DNA of 64,000 nucleotides from an uncultured Bacteroidales bacterium. GTDB taxonomy: Bacteria > Bacteroidota > Bacteroidia > Bacteroidales > UBA10428. Within the stretch, counting starts at the first letter, position 1, and each line of letters starts with the position of its first letter. The position numbers and the translations under genes were made by a program. Below are positions 11,093-21,800 of the stretch, piece by piece. The notes under the pieces are model-generated. The model did not search any database, was not told where the DNA came from, and saw nothing but the letters and a program-made list of their open reading frames with translations. The stretch is from assembly GCA_964634105.1 (NCBI GenBank), contig CAZWIU010000001.1, forward strand, positions 16,949 to 80,948. The letters run 5' to 3'.

Positions 11093-11704
11093 TTATAAAA
11101 TCATTTCCGATATCATAACATTACTGAGTAGTGATAAACGTTTGGTTAACCGGTCCTTTTTTAATTCCCGAATCCGGAACTCAATAATGCAATCTGCCTC
11201 GAAGTTTTGTTTATCAATTATCGCAGATTCTTCTTTTAGTAATCGTAATACACTGTTCATCTGATCATAGGTAAAACGTAATGATAATTTTTTCATCAAC
11301 ACTTCATCAATAGTCGATGCTTTTTCCAAACAATCTTTTGCAGCATTACGATAGGCATTGATTAAACCGGAAGTGCCCAGCAAAGTACCTCCAAAATATC
11401 TGACAACAACAATGAGGATGTTCGTAAGACCATATGAAAGAATTTGACCATATATCTGCTTTCCGGCCGTACCGGAGGGTTCACCATCATCATTCATGCG
11501 ATAAACCGGGTTTTTACTACCAATTCTATAGGCATAGCAATGATGGCGGGCATCATGATAATTCTTTTTTAGTAACTGAATATGTTGTTTTATTTCGTCC
11601 TCATTATTTACACGATAGGCGAATGCCAGGAATTTGCTACCCTTATCCTTAAATACTCCCTTTGATTCTGATTGTATTGTTCTATAAGTATCTTCGGTCA
11701 TCAT
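11093..11704 (-). CDS. YigZ/IMPACT family protein
   Basis: 203 aa. KGSKFLAFAY...ARHHCYAYR...DDGEPSGTAG is characteristic of the UPF0029/IMPACT N-terminal domain. Confidence 0.8.
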   Translation of the reverse strand: MMTEDTYRTIQSESKGVFKDKGSKFLAFAYRVNNEDEIKQHIQLLKKNYHDARHHCYAYRIGSKNPVYRMNDDGEPSGTAGKQIYGQILSYGLTNILIVVVRYFGGTLLGTSGLINAYRNAAKDCLEKASTIDEVLMKKLSLRFTYDQMNSVLRLLKEESAIIDKQNFEADCIIEFRIRELKKDRLTKRLSLLSNVMISEMIL

Positions 11705-11747
11705 TTATGTGCGAAGCGATTATAATTTTATAAGGTAATCTGGCCAA

Positions 11748-11780
11748 CAAAAAAGGCAGGTTGTTTTTACCTGCCTCTTT
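11748..11780 (-). terminator. rho-independent terminator downstream of dnaA
   Basis: Stem aggcaggt (11754-11761) / acctgcct (11769-11776). The plus-strand A-run gives a U-run on the minus-strand transcript. Confidence 0.7.
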
Positions 11781-11794
11781 ATACTTTGTTAATT

Positions 11795-13216
11795 TTAAAA
11801 TTTCAGTTTCTTTTCGATATCTTCAATTTGGCTCTTAAAATGTTTATCTGTATCCATCAAATTATTAACAGTCTTACAAGCATGCAATACGGTAGCATGG
11901 TCTTTACCCCCTATTTGCGCGCCGATTGTAGCCAGCGACGATTTTGTCAGGTTCTTACTGAAATACATTGCCACTTGTCGGGCCTGAACAATCTCCCTTT
12001 TACGTGTTTTTGACTGCAACATTTCTACTCCAATGTCATAATAGCTGCAAACAACTTTCTGGATATAATCGATAGATACTTCGCGTTTTGTATTTTTAAT
12101 CAACTTATCAATCATTTCCTTGGCTAACTCCAGGGTGATTTCCTTTTTATTGAGTGTTGCCTGTGCAAGTAAGGAGATAAGCGCACCCTCAAGTTCCCGA
12201 ATATTATCGGTTATATGTGTTGAAATATATTCAATAACCTCATCAGGCATTTCTATACCATCTTTATATATCTTTTGCTTCAGGATTGCAATGCGGGTTT
12301 CGAAATCGGGAATCTGAAGATCGGCAGACAAGCCCCATTTAAATCTCGACAGAAGCCGCTGTTCCATTCCCTGAAGTTCAACCGGAGGTTTATCAGAGGT
12401 AAGTATTAATTGTTTACCCGATTGGTGAAGGTGGTTGAATATATGGAAAAAAGTATCCTGGGTCTTTTCTTTTCCGGCAAATTCATGAACGTCATCTATT
12501 ATAAGCACATCAATCATTTGGTAGAAGTGCAGGAAATCGTTCTTATTATTATTTCGGATCGATTCAACAAATTGTGTCTGAAATTTATTAGCATTAACAT
12601 ACAGGACAGTTTTGTCAGGAAACTTTTCCTTTACCTCAATTCCTATTGCCTGTGCCAAATGAGTTTTCCCTAATCCGGAATCGCCATAAATCAGCAAAGG
12701 ATTGAAGGCAGTACCGCCGGGATTATTTGCCACAGCAATTCCAGCTGAGCGGGCAAGCCTGTTGCACTCACCTTCAACAAAATTTGCAAAAGAGTTCTCC
12801 GGGTTTAACCTCGGGTCAATATCCAGCTTTTTAAGCCCTGGAATAATAAAAGGGTTTTTAATTGTTTTCTCTTCTGCGTTAAGCGGAACGGAAACAGGTC
12901 TGTTTTTAAGCTCTCGCTGATTTTGTGCCGGAAGTCGTACGGTTACTGGTTTGTTCTTTTCAACAGTACTATAATCCATTACTACGCTGTACTCGAGTTT
13001 TGCGTCGTACCCTAATTCTTTCCTAAGAGTTTTACTGATTATCTCAATGTACTTTTCTTCGAGATATTCATAGAAAAACGGGCTTGGGACCTGGATTGTA
13101 AGAATATTCTTATCGAGCTTCAACGGGACTATAGGTTCAAACCATGTCCTAAAGCTAATGGATGGCACATTATCCTTTATAACTTTAAGGCAATTGTTCC
13201 AAATTTCCCTATGCAT
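11795..13216 (-). CDS. dnaA: chromosomal replication initiator protein DnaA
   Basis: 473 aa. Has Walker A GDSGLGKTHL, the AAA+ core, and the C-terminal DNA-binding domain (...IGGKDHATVLHA...). Confidence 0.95.
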   Translation of the reverse strand: MHREIWNNCLKVIKDNVPSISFRTWFEPIVPLKLDKNILTIQVPSPFFYEYLEEKYIEIISKTLRKELGYDAKLEYSVVMDYSTVEKNKPVTVRLPAQNQRELKNRPVSVPLNAEEKTIKNPFIIPGLKKLDIDPRLNPENSFANFVEGECNRLARSAGIAVANNPGGTAFNPLLIYGDSGLGKTHLAQAIGIEVKEKFPDKTVLYVNANKFQTQFVESIRNNNKNDFLHFYQMIDVLIIDDVHEFAGKEKTQDTFFHIFNHLHQSGKQLILTSDKPPVELQGMEQRLLSRFKWGLSADLQIPDFETRIAILKQKIYKDGIEMPDEVIEYISTHITDNIRELEGALISLLAQATLNKKEITLELAKEMIDKLIKNTKREVSIDYIQKVVCSYYDIGVEMLQSKTRKREIVQARQVAMYFSKNLTKSSLATIGAQIGGKDHATVLHACKTVNNLMDTDKHFKSQIEDIEKKLKF

Positions 13217-13594
13217 TTTATATTGTGTTTAGTTTTAGGCAATTACTTTTTAAGGGATTGTTAATTTTTCTTGAAGCAATTTTGTGAAAAAAAACATAAA
13301 AAAAAAGTCATTTTCACCTTGGCTTTTTCATTTAAAATCTATTCAATTTATTATCAGAATATTACTTGGTCAAAAAAAAATAAAATAATTTATTTGCCTG
13401 AATCACAATTAATTACATTAATTATCTTTGTATCATTCTGTTAGTTAAACGATTGATTGTTTTTATTTAAACCTGTATTCATTGTAGTAATTTGTCCCAT
13501 TAAAATATCAGCAATTTATTTAACCATAGCAAAACAATAATTTAAAATAAATTTCCGATTGTTAATAACTTAGAGCCGCCTTAACTGTCACCTT

Positions 13595-14668
13595 TTGAAC
13601 CGTTCATTGTTTATCATCGGGTCTAATGGAATTCCTGCACGATATGGAGGTTTTGAAACCTATGCAGAGAATATTTCACGTGAGCTTGCCGCAAACCTCG
13701 ATGTTACTGTTGTTTGCAGTAGTTTTCTATATGACTGTGATGAAAGAGATACAAAATGGGGAGCAATTAACAGACTGTTTCTTGCTGTTAAAGCAAATGG
13801 ACCGCAAAGTTTGATCTACGATTTTATCTCCCTATGGATTGCATTATCTCGTGCTGATAATATCCTGATTTTAGGAGTTGGAGCAGGATTATTTTTACCA
13901 TTATTTAAAAGAATAAAAAATAAACAGGTTTTAATTCATATCGACGGTGTTGAATGGAAGAGAGGAAAATGGAATCTGTTTTCAAAATTTATCCTGAGAA
14001 TTGCATTCCAAATAAGTATTCGTGCAGGATCTTATATTATAATAGATAATGAAGCCCTTATGGACTATATTCCGGTCAGGTACCATCGTAAACTGATTCA
14101 TTCTTCCTATGGTGGGAATCATCTTCCTGTTGCATCAAAGAATGTTAGTCCGGCCAATCATGAATATGCCCTTGTAATTGCAAGAGCGGAGGAAGAAAAT
14201 AATTTACACCTTATTTTATCAGGTTTTACACGTTATTCAGGATTACATCTGATTGCAATCTCAAACTGGAGCCAAAGCAACTATGGCCGAAAGCTTATAA
14301 GGAAGTTTTCACACCATGCTAATATCTCACTGATTGGTCCAATTTATTCGTTACCTGAAATTCAGCAATACAGGGATCACTGTCAGGTTTATATTCATGG
14401 GCATAGTGCAGGGGGTACCAATCCATCGCTGATTGAAGCGATGTATAGCGGAAAACCAATAATTGCATGGGATAATAAATTTAACCGTATTACAACCTGT
14501 AACCTGGCTTACTATTTCAATACGATTGATGGACTTATTCAACAACTCGATCTGATCCAAACTGAAAAATCCCTGACCACGGCTACCGAACTCATGAACT
14601 ATGCAAAAACGAACTATACATGGGCATCTGCTGCTGATCAACTTAGACCCCGCTTTATTATCGATTAA
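13595..14668 (+). CDS. glycosyltransferase (DUF1972 N-terminus plus GT1-like C-terminus)
   Basis: 357 aa. The N-terminus IIGSNGIPARYGGFETYAE matches the DUF1972 pattern from memory. The tracked start is TTG. Confidence 0.65.
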   Translation: MNRSLFIIGSNGIPARYGGFETYAENISRELAANLDVTVVCSSFLYDCDERDTKWGAINRLFLAVKANGPQSLIYDFISLWIALSRADNILILGVGAGLFLPLFKRIKNKQVLIHIDGVEWKRGKWNLFSKFILRIAFQISIRAGSYIIIDNEALMDYIPVRYHRKLIHSSYGGNHLPVASKNVSPANHEYALVIARAEEENNLHLILSGFTRYSGLHLIAISNWSQSNYGRKLIRKFSHHANISLIGPIYSLPEIQQYRDHCQVYIHGHSAGGTNPSLIEAMYSGKPIIAWDNKFNRITTCNLAYYFNTIDGLIQQLDLIQTEKSLTTATELMNYAKTNYTWASAADQLRPRFIID

Positions 14669-14690
14669 GTAAAACAATTATATTCATAAT

Positions 14691-14936
14691 CCACTATTGT
14701 CCGGTTATATTCAATTTTTTTTATATTTCGAACCTATGGCACTTTCAAGCTAATTATAATTGGTTCTTCTATACTTATTTAGTACCTACGGAACTTTCTT
14801 TTAACCTCGTTAGAGGCGAATTATGTTTAGAAAAAGTTGCATGCAGACATCTGAGCCCCGTAGGCGGCGATATATCCTTAAACCCCTTAAATTCATCAGT
14901 GTTGGAATGTTGAAATAGTCTAATCGGACAGCAATG
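14691..14936 (+). mobile_element. MITE-like non-autonomous element, copy 1 (246 bp)
   Basis: Collinear along its whole length with 38245-38490, roughly four in five positions identical by eye. Ends ..CACTATTGTCCGGTTA / TAATCGGACAG.. are inverted repeats. Flanked by attcataat (14682-14690) and atgcataat (14937-14945), an 8/9 direct repeat. Confidence 0.6.
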
Positions 14937-15013
14937 ATGCATAATTTCATAAATTGACACCGAGTTCATACCCTCTTGTTTTGAAATAGTTAATTTTGCA
15001 AAAAATAAACAGA

Positions 15014-16342
15014 ATGAATTATACAGCAGAAGAATTTCTTGTGCCCAGGTTGGGTAAATGCATTGTACGATCTCCGTTAAATCTTTCCAAAGAAATGGAG
15101 GATGGCATATTTAATTACATTGAGGATGATGAACGAATTATTGTAAGATCTACTGTAAAATATTATAAGGAATGCATTCAGGACAATATAGAACCAGTCT
15201 CATTTGAAAAAGCCGGGCCAAAAGAATTAATTTATTTTGATCCTATAAAAACTAAAGTAGCAATCATAACATGTGGTGGATTATGTCCCGGATTAAATAA
15301 TGTTATCAGAGGTTTGGTAATGCAGCTTTACAACCGTTATGGTGTTAAGCGGATTGTTGGTATCCGGTATGGTTTTGAAGGACTTATCCCGAAATATGGT
15401 CACGATATCGTTGAACTCATGCCGGAGGAGGTTGAAGACATACATATGTTCGGTGGTACAATACTTGGGACTTCAAGGGGTCCTCAGGATGTTGGTGAAA
15501 TGGTCGATGCACTTGAAAGAATGAATATTAATATACTGTTTGTCATTGGAGGTGATGGTTCGCTGCGAGGCGCCCAAGCTATTACTGAAGAAATTCAAAA
15601 CAGGAAACTAAAGATAGCTGTTGGAGCCATTCCTAAAACCATCGATAACGATATAAACCTTATAGAAAAATCGTTTGGTTTTGAAACTGCCTTCACTACA
15701 GCTACAGGTATACTTCGCGGAGCACATAACGAAGCCAAAGGAGCTTATAATGGAATAGCACTTGTTAAACTTATGGGTCGTGATTCCGGATTTATTGCAG
15801 CCAATGCAGCTCTTGCCGTGCAAGAAGTGAACTTCGTTCTTGTTCCAGAAGTGAATTTTGAACTCCATGGTCCTAATGGTTTTCTTAATGTTTTACGTAA
15901 AAGACTCGAACGAAAACATCATGCTCTTATTGCTGTAGCTGAGGGTGCAGGCCAGAATTTATTCAACGACCAGCCACAGGAGAAAGATGCTTCAGGTAAT
16001 ATTAAATTCAAAGATATCGGCTTATTTCTCCGTGATAAAATCAAAGAAGAATTTGATAATACTAAATTCCCGTATAGTTTAAAATATATCGATCCAAGTT
16101 ATATTATCCGAAGCTCGGCTGCAAATGCGAACGATAGTCTGTTCTGCAACCTGCTGGCTCAAAATGCAGTACATGCTGCAATGGCTGGAAGAACAGGATT
16201 TGTAGTTGGATATTGGAATGCCCAGTTTACGGTCCTTCCTATTCCAATGGCTGTAAGAAAAAGGAAAAGACTTTCCATTGAAGGTGAATTATGGTCGAAT
16301 GTTCTCGAAACAACAGGACAACCGAAAAAACTATTTAATTAG
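15014..16342 (+). CDS. 6-phosphofructokinase (PfkA family, long form)
   Basis: Motifs GGLCPGLNNVIRG, GGDGS, PKTIDND and MGRDSG. I preferred the ATG at 15014 to the tracked TTG at 14996. Confidence 0.85.
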   Translation: MNYTAEEFLVPRLGKCIVRSPLNLSKEMEDGIFNYIEDDERIIVRSTVKYYKECIQDNIEPVSFEKAGPKELIYFDPIKTKVAIITCGGLCPGLNNVIRGLVMQLYNRYGVKRIVGIRYGFEGLIPKYGHDIVELMPEEVEDIHMFGGTILGTSRGPQDVGEMVDALERMNINILFVIGGDGSLRGAQAITEEIQNRKLKIAVGAIPKTIDNDINLIEKSFGFETAFTTATGILRGAHNEAKGAYNGIALVKLMGRDSGFIAANAALAVQEVNFVLVPEVNFELHGPNGFLNVLRKRLERKHHALIAVAEGAGQNLFNDQPQEKDASGNIKFKDIGLFLRDKIKEEFDNTKFPYSLKYIDPSYIIRSSAANANDSLFCNLLAQNAVHAAMAGRTGFVVGYWNAQFTVLPIPMAVRKRKRLSIEGELWSNVLETTGQPKKLFN

Positions 16343-16575
16343 AAATCAAAAGACATATTATAGCTGACCACTTCAGAAATTAACTGCAGCAATTGATATT
16401 GGGATATTTATTCCTTAATACCCATAGCAGTATTCCTATTTTGTAAGAAATGAAATAACATTTCCTACTAACTGATAAGGAAGTATTAACATCGAATATT
16501 AAGAAATAAGAGCATTTTTACTATATTTATTGTAACATACTTAAAACTATTTCGTTTTTACATAAAAATGTTTAT

Positions 16576-16914
16576 ATGGAGCATCCTATAGTTAGAAAAC
16601 GAAAACAAAGAAAGTATAACATACCTGTAATTGGGCATTTTGCTGACCGAAGTATCAGGTTCAATTCGATTCTTGAGGCAGAACATATTACAGGCATTGC
16701 TTATACGCTGATATTTGAAGCATGCATTGGTAAGATTTATAAGGCCAGAAACGTCTATTGGGAATTTGAAAATGGTGCTCATTTTATTAAGTATAAAGCT
16801 CATTTTATGCGTGCCAGAAGACAAATCGAAGAGCAGAATCTACGTCCTGTTGGGCACCATTCTCATGCTCATAATGAAGAGCATACTAAAATAGAAGAAA
16901 AAGCCTCTCATTAA
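16576..16914 (+). CDS. hypothetical protein with a His-rich C-terminus
   Basis: 112-aa ORF in an otherwise empty intergenic region. There is a weak helix-turn-helix-like segment (FNSILEAEHITGIAYTLIFEAC). I recognise no family. Confidence 0.3.
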   Translation: MEHPIVRKRKQRKYNIPVIGHFADRSIRFNSILEAEHITGIAYTLIFEACIGKIYKARNVYWEFENGAHFIKYKAHFMRARRQIEEQNLRPVGHHSHAHNEEHTKIEEKASH

Positions 16915-16936
16915 GAAATTCAACGACAATCACTGG

Positions 16937-18064
16937 CTATTTTATTACCCTGAATCCGAGAAGCATCAATCTTTTTCTGTCATTATCTGAAATATTAACC
17001 GTATCGATTGTGAAAGCGCTAAACTCTCTTCTTAACGGATAATTTTCACGAATTTTCTCAAAACTCTCCGGTACAGTCTTCAGCTTTCTTTCATCTTCAA
17101 GGTAATTGTATGTCTGCATTATTATCTCAGTAGCAATTTCCTGAAAATCTTTATTGAGGCCGTTACAGGATATTATCGGGTTTTCGGGTTCAGGTATTGT
17201 ATCAGGTTCCCAGTCATCAAGGCCAATCTTAAAAAAACGACTCAGTGCCTGAACCGACATCCTGGTTCCGTTGGCTTTACCATCGGCAGAATAACCAGCA
17301 ATATGCGGAGTTGCATAAAACACCGCATTCATAAGTTCCTGATCAATATTGGGTTCATCTTCCCATACATCAAGTATCACAGCAGAGGGAAATCCCAACT
17401 TCAGTGACTTTTTCAACTGTTCAGTATGAATAACCTCGCCACGGGATGAATTGATCAACAGGGTGCCCGGATTTATTTTTGCCAATACTTCTTCATCTAT
17501 CAGGTGAAAGGTTCTATCATTGCCCTCCATTGTGAGAGGAACATGCAGCGATATGATATCGGCTTCACGGAGAATACCCTGAAGTGAAATAAATCCGCAT
17601 GGACCTTCAGCTCTCTCTCTTGGAGGGTCATTTAATAGAACCTGCATTTCAAAAATTTCCGCCAGCTTAACAATTTTTCGGCCAACATTCCCGACTCCTA
17701 TCACTCCCATGACCCGGTCTCTTAGATCGATAGCATTTTTTTCAGCATAATGCAACAGACAAAAAGCAATATATTGCATGACCGATCCGGAATTGCATCC
17801 AGGCGCATTAGTCCAATAAATACCATGTTTATTGCAATAATCCGTATCGATATGATCGTATCCAATGGTAGCTGAGGCAATAAATTTTACGGAGGAACCC
17901 TCCAGCAGTCTTGCATCGCACTTTGTTCGGGTCCTGATGATGAGTGCATCAACACCTGTTAAAACATCGTTTGTGATTTCAGACCCACTTAAATATTCAA
18001 TATCCATATAAGGATCAAGGACCCCTTTTAAAAACGGAATCTTTTTATCTACAATAACTTTCAT
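16937..18064 (-). CDS. pdxB: 4-phosphoerythronate dehydrogenase
   Basis: 375 aa. D-2-hydroxyacid dehydrogenase fold (GVIGVGNVGRK) with the PdxB-type N-terminus and C-terminal dimerisation extension. Confidence 0.8.
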   Translation of the reverse strand: MKVIVDKKIPFLKGVLDPYMDIEYLSGSEITNDVLTGVDALIIRTRTKCDARLLEGSSVKFIASATIGYDHIDTDYCNKHGIYWTNAPGCNSGSVMQYIAFCLLHYAEKNAIDLRDRVMGVIGVGNVGRKIVKLAEIFEMQVLLNDPPRERAEGPCGFISLQGILREADIISLHVPLTMEGNDRTFHLIDEEVLAKINPGTLLINSSRGEVIHTEQLKKSLKLGFPSAVILDVWEDEPNIDQELMNAVFYATPHIAGYSADGKANGTRMSVQALSRFFKIGLDDWEPDTIPEPENPIISCNGLNKDFQEIATEIIMQTYNYLEDERKLKTVPESFEKIRENYPLRREFSAFTIDTVNISDNDRKRLMLLGFRVIK

Positions 18065-18220
18065 ATTGTTTTTTAGTTCAAATCGGTGTCAATTATAATA
18101 AGTATCATTATTAAAACCTAGGATATACGATGGTTAATTTTAAATCAATTAGTTTTTTTATGATTTTCCGCAATGGTGCCTTGAAACAATATAATTAATA
18201 AAACAACACACCCATTTTGT

Positions 18221-18490
18221 CCCCCTCTTCAAGGGTAATTGCCTGGAAAGTGGAAGAAGTATAAAAGCACATCTATACTCACCCCGCTTCGCACCCCTCT
18301 CTCACGAGAGAGGGGTTAAACAAACCCGGCATTATCAAAATACAAGGTGGGGTGAGTAAAAAAAGAGGAATTATATCGATTCCCTGCCTTTATCTATGCA
18401 ATTACCCTCCTCAGGAGGGGGAAGGATTTGCGGGTAGTAAGTCCCCTCCTGAGAGGAGATTTAGGGGTATGTATTCCTGGCAATTAGGTA
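18221..18490. repeat. cluster of GC-rich palindromic hairpins in AT-rich intergenic DNA
   Basis: Nested stems tactcacccc (18276-18285) / ggggtgagta (18349-18358) enclose cccctctctc (18294-18303) / gagagagggg (18306-18315). Two further hairpins are ccctcc-tca-ggaggg (18405-18419) and ctcct-gag-aggag (18446-18458). Confidence 0.5.
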
Positions 18491-18651
18491 TCAATATACG
18501 GACATTCATTTATTTTTTTTTTAAACTGACGCAACCTTTCAGTACACATAGCCATCATAAAGTATCTGAAAAGGGTTAGTACTATACTTTCAAGTTGAAA
18601 GTCTATCCAATTTATGTTGAAGCGACCCTAATGGATGGAATAAACCCAACG

Positions 18652-18686
18652 AAGGCCTCCATATATTCTGTGGAGGCCTTTTTATT
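18652..18686 (+). terminator. strong rho-independent terminator with no annotated upstream gene
   Basis: Perfect 10-bp stem aaggcctcca (18652-18661) / tggaggcctt (18671-18680), 9-nt loop, then tttatt. Confidence 0.7.
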
Positions 18687-18859
18687 CATGTCAGAAACAC
18701 AGGTTTTTTCAATGGGTAGGATACTATATTTCTAGTGAATAACAATCTATAAACAGTCCCCTGTAATTTTATTTTTATTTGAACTATATTCTATTTTTTT
18801 CGTACAAATGTTAGTAATTTTCAGAAAATCGACCCCGTATAAATTTGAGATAAACGACC

Positions 18860-21800
18860 ATGACCTTCATGACTGATTCGATCATTCCTTTATTAGTAAT
18901 TAAAGCACTCTGGTTATCACATGTGCTGTTTACCCTCACCGGTTTTATCTTATCTTCAGTTATATACCTTTCAATACGATATTACCGGCACAGAAAATAC
19001 CGACTTATATACTCTACCACAGAAAGTATTCTTGGAGAAAGTGATCAGTTGAATATACTCATAAATAATATCCCTGACTGCGTTTATTTAAAAGATAATC
19101 TGAGTCGGTATATCTTATGCAATCAACGTTTCGTTAAATTATTGAAATCCGAAAGACCGGAGCAAATATATGGTAAAACTGATGCTGAAATTTATAAGAA
19201 TGAATCTGCCAATAAATATCTTGAAGAAGACCGTAAAATACTGAATGGTGAAGTTCCCATATTAACCAGAAAGCAGGAAAGTCAGAAAGGCAATGAAAGT
19301 AGAATTACCCTTACCACAAAAATTCCAATAAAAAATAAAAAAGGCAAGATTATAGGATTGATGGGTACAATAGCAGATGTCACAGAACATGAAAAAGCTG
19401 CACAACTTTTAGAAGAGAGAAACAACGCACTCGAAAAAGAAGAGACTCTCTTCAGGGCGTTGATGGATAACATGCCCGATACAATTTACATTAAGGATAC
19501 CGAATGCCGTTTCCTGGATGGCAATCCGACACAAGTAAATATAACAAAAGCCGGCACTCACGAAAACCTTTTAGGAAAGACCGACTTTGATTTTTATCCT
19601 AAAGATATTGCTGAGATCTTTTACAAAGATGATAAACAAGTACTGGAAACCGGAAAACCGGTAATCAATAAAGAAGAAATTGGTTTTGATGCTAATGGAA
19701 ATATCCTTGTAAAGTCTACCACCAAGGTTCCTTTCCGGGACAAGAACGGAAAGATTCTGGGTTTAGTTGGTATTGGCAGGGACATTACCAAACAAAAAGA
19801 AGCAGAGGAAAAACTAAAAGAACAAGCTCAACATCTGCAGGAAGTCAATGTGCTGCTGGAGGAACGGCAGGAAGAAATTAACCAGCAATCCGACGAATTA
19901 AGTTCTCAAAACAAAATCCTTGAAGAGGAAAGAAACCTGCTTAGGACTCTGCTCGATAGTCTTCCCGATTATATTTACCTGAAAGATACCGACAGCCGGT
20001 TTGTTACTGTTAATCGTAAATTGATGCAGGTCTTCAAGACTGATAACCTCGATGATGTCATTGGCAAATCGGAAAAAGATTTCTATCCTGCTGATTATGC
20101 CGAGAATTTCATCAAGGATGACAAGCATATACTCAAAACCGGCAGGGCTATTATTGATAAAGAAGAACCTGGAATTGATGAGCAGGGTAATTTTATTCAA
20201 CTCCTCACCTCAAAAGTTCCAGTAAAAGATCCGGATGGTAAAATTACTGGAATCATTGGTATTGCGCGTGATATTTCAGCAATCAAAGAAGCAGAGCTGA
20301 AACTTAAAGAGCAGGCCGATTACCTGAAAGAGATGAACGTTTTATTAGAGGAACGACAGGAAGAGATTCAACAGCAGTCGAGCGAACTTACATCGCAGAA
20401 TACTATTCTTGAAAACGAAAGAAATCTTCTCCGGACGCTTATTGATACACTTCCTGATTTCATCTATATTAAGGATAAGGAAAGCCGCTTCATCACTGCA
20501 AATCAAAAAATATTGCTTGTAATGAAAGCTCCAAATTGTCAGTATCTTGAAGGTAAAACTGACTTTGATTTTTATCCGAAACAAATTGCACAATTGTTCT
20601 ATAATGATGAGCAGCAGATTGTCAAAACCGGAAAACCTCTCATTAATAAAGAGGAAATCGGGTTCGATATTGAAGGCAACCAGCGTACAATTGCAACTAC
20701 TAAAGTACCCTATTTTGATGCAGATGGTAATATCATCGGAATTGTCGGTGTCGGAAGAGATATCACCGAAATGAAAGAATTTGAAAACATTCTTAAAAAG
20801 CAAGCTGCAGACCTTCAGGAGAACAATCGCCTGTTGGAAGAACGTCAGGAAGAAGTGCAAAAACAATCGGAAGCCTTAGCTGAACAGAATAAGATACTTG
20901 AAAATGAACGAAATCTGCTCCGTACACTTATTGATAATATGCCCGATTATATTTACATCAAAGATAAAGAAAGCCGCTTCCTCACTGTTAACAGCAGGTT
21001 GTTGCATGTGATGCATGCAAAGTCGCTGGATGAAATTGTAGGAAAAACTGATTTTGATTCAGCCCCCACCAAAGAAGCTGCTGAACAGTATTTCCAGGAT
21101 GAGCGCAGGATCATCTCTACGGGTAAACCTATTATCAATAAAGAGGAAATCGGATTTGATGAGAACGACCGGGAGCGGGTAATTTCGACGACAAAAGTAC
21201 CCTTCTATGATGCTGATGGCAATATTGCAGGTATCGTAGGTATTGGTCGTGATATAACCAAACAAAAGAATGCCGAAAGACAATTACGGGAACAGGCACA
21301 GAATCTTCAGGAAGTAAATGTAATTCTTGAGGAAAGACAGGAGAAAATTCAACAGCAGAGTGAAGAACTGAATCAGCAGGCCCAGCATCTTAAGAAAGCA
21401 AACATTCAGCTTGAACAGCTTAATGCCACAAAGAATAAATTCTTTTCAATTATTGCACACGATTTAAAAAATCCTTTCCAGGCAATTTTTGGTTTCTCGG
21501 AGCTGCTAATGCGTAATTATGGCGATTTTGATGATCCTCAAAAGATGGAATTACTGGGTATGATCAAGACTTCTTCTGAAAGTGCTTATAATTTGTTGGA
21601 GAATTTGTTACAATGGGCAAGAACTCAGACAGAACGTATTAAATACAGTCCCGCCGATATTGACCTCGGAGAACTGATTGAACAAAACATATCGCTTAGT
21701 CAGGGAAGTTCCGAAAACAAGCATATTTCACTCGTCTCACAGATTAATACCACCGCTAAAGCTTTTGCCGATAAAAACATGATCAACCTGGTCATTCGCA

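Noticed and set aside
13217-13594. Possible oriC in the 378-bp AT-rich spacer upstream of dnaA, which contains several A8-A9 runs.
   Set aside because: I found no good match to the DnaA-box consensus TTATCCACA / TGTGGATAA. The best matches are about 6/9 (tgtgaaaaa, tgaatcaca). AT-richness alone is not evidence. Confirmation would need a genome-wide GC-skew plot and a DnaA-box scan.
14775-14969. Short ORFs overlapping repeat or GC-island DNA (14775-14969, 18352-18579, 38389-38601, 44383-44613, 45216-45663, 46984-47450).
   Set aside because: They coincide with the MITE copies or hairpin islands. The similarity between copies is at the DNA level across frames, and the peptides look non-protein-like.
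16576-16914. A NUMOD1/homing-endonuclease-type DNA-binding domain in the 112-aa hypothetical protein.
   Set aside because: The resemblance is limited to a short helix-turn-helix-like stretch, and there is no nuclease domain or intron/intein context. I kept it as hypothetical.
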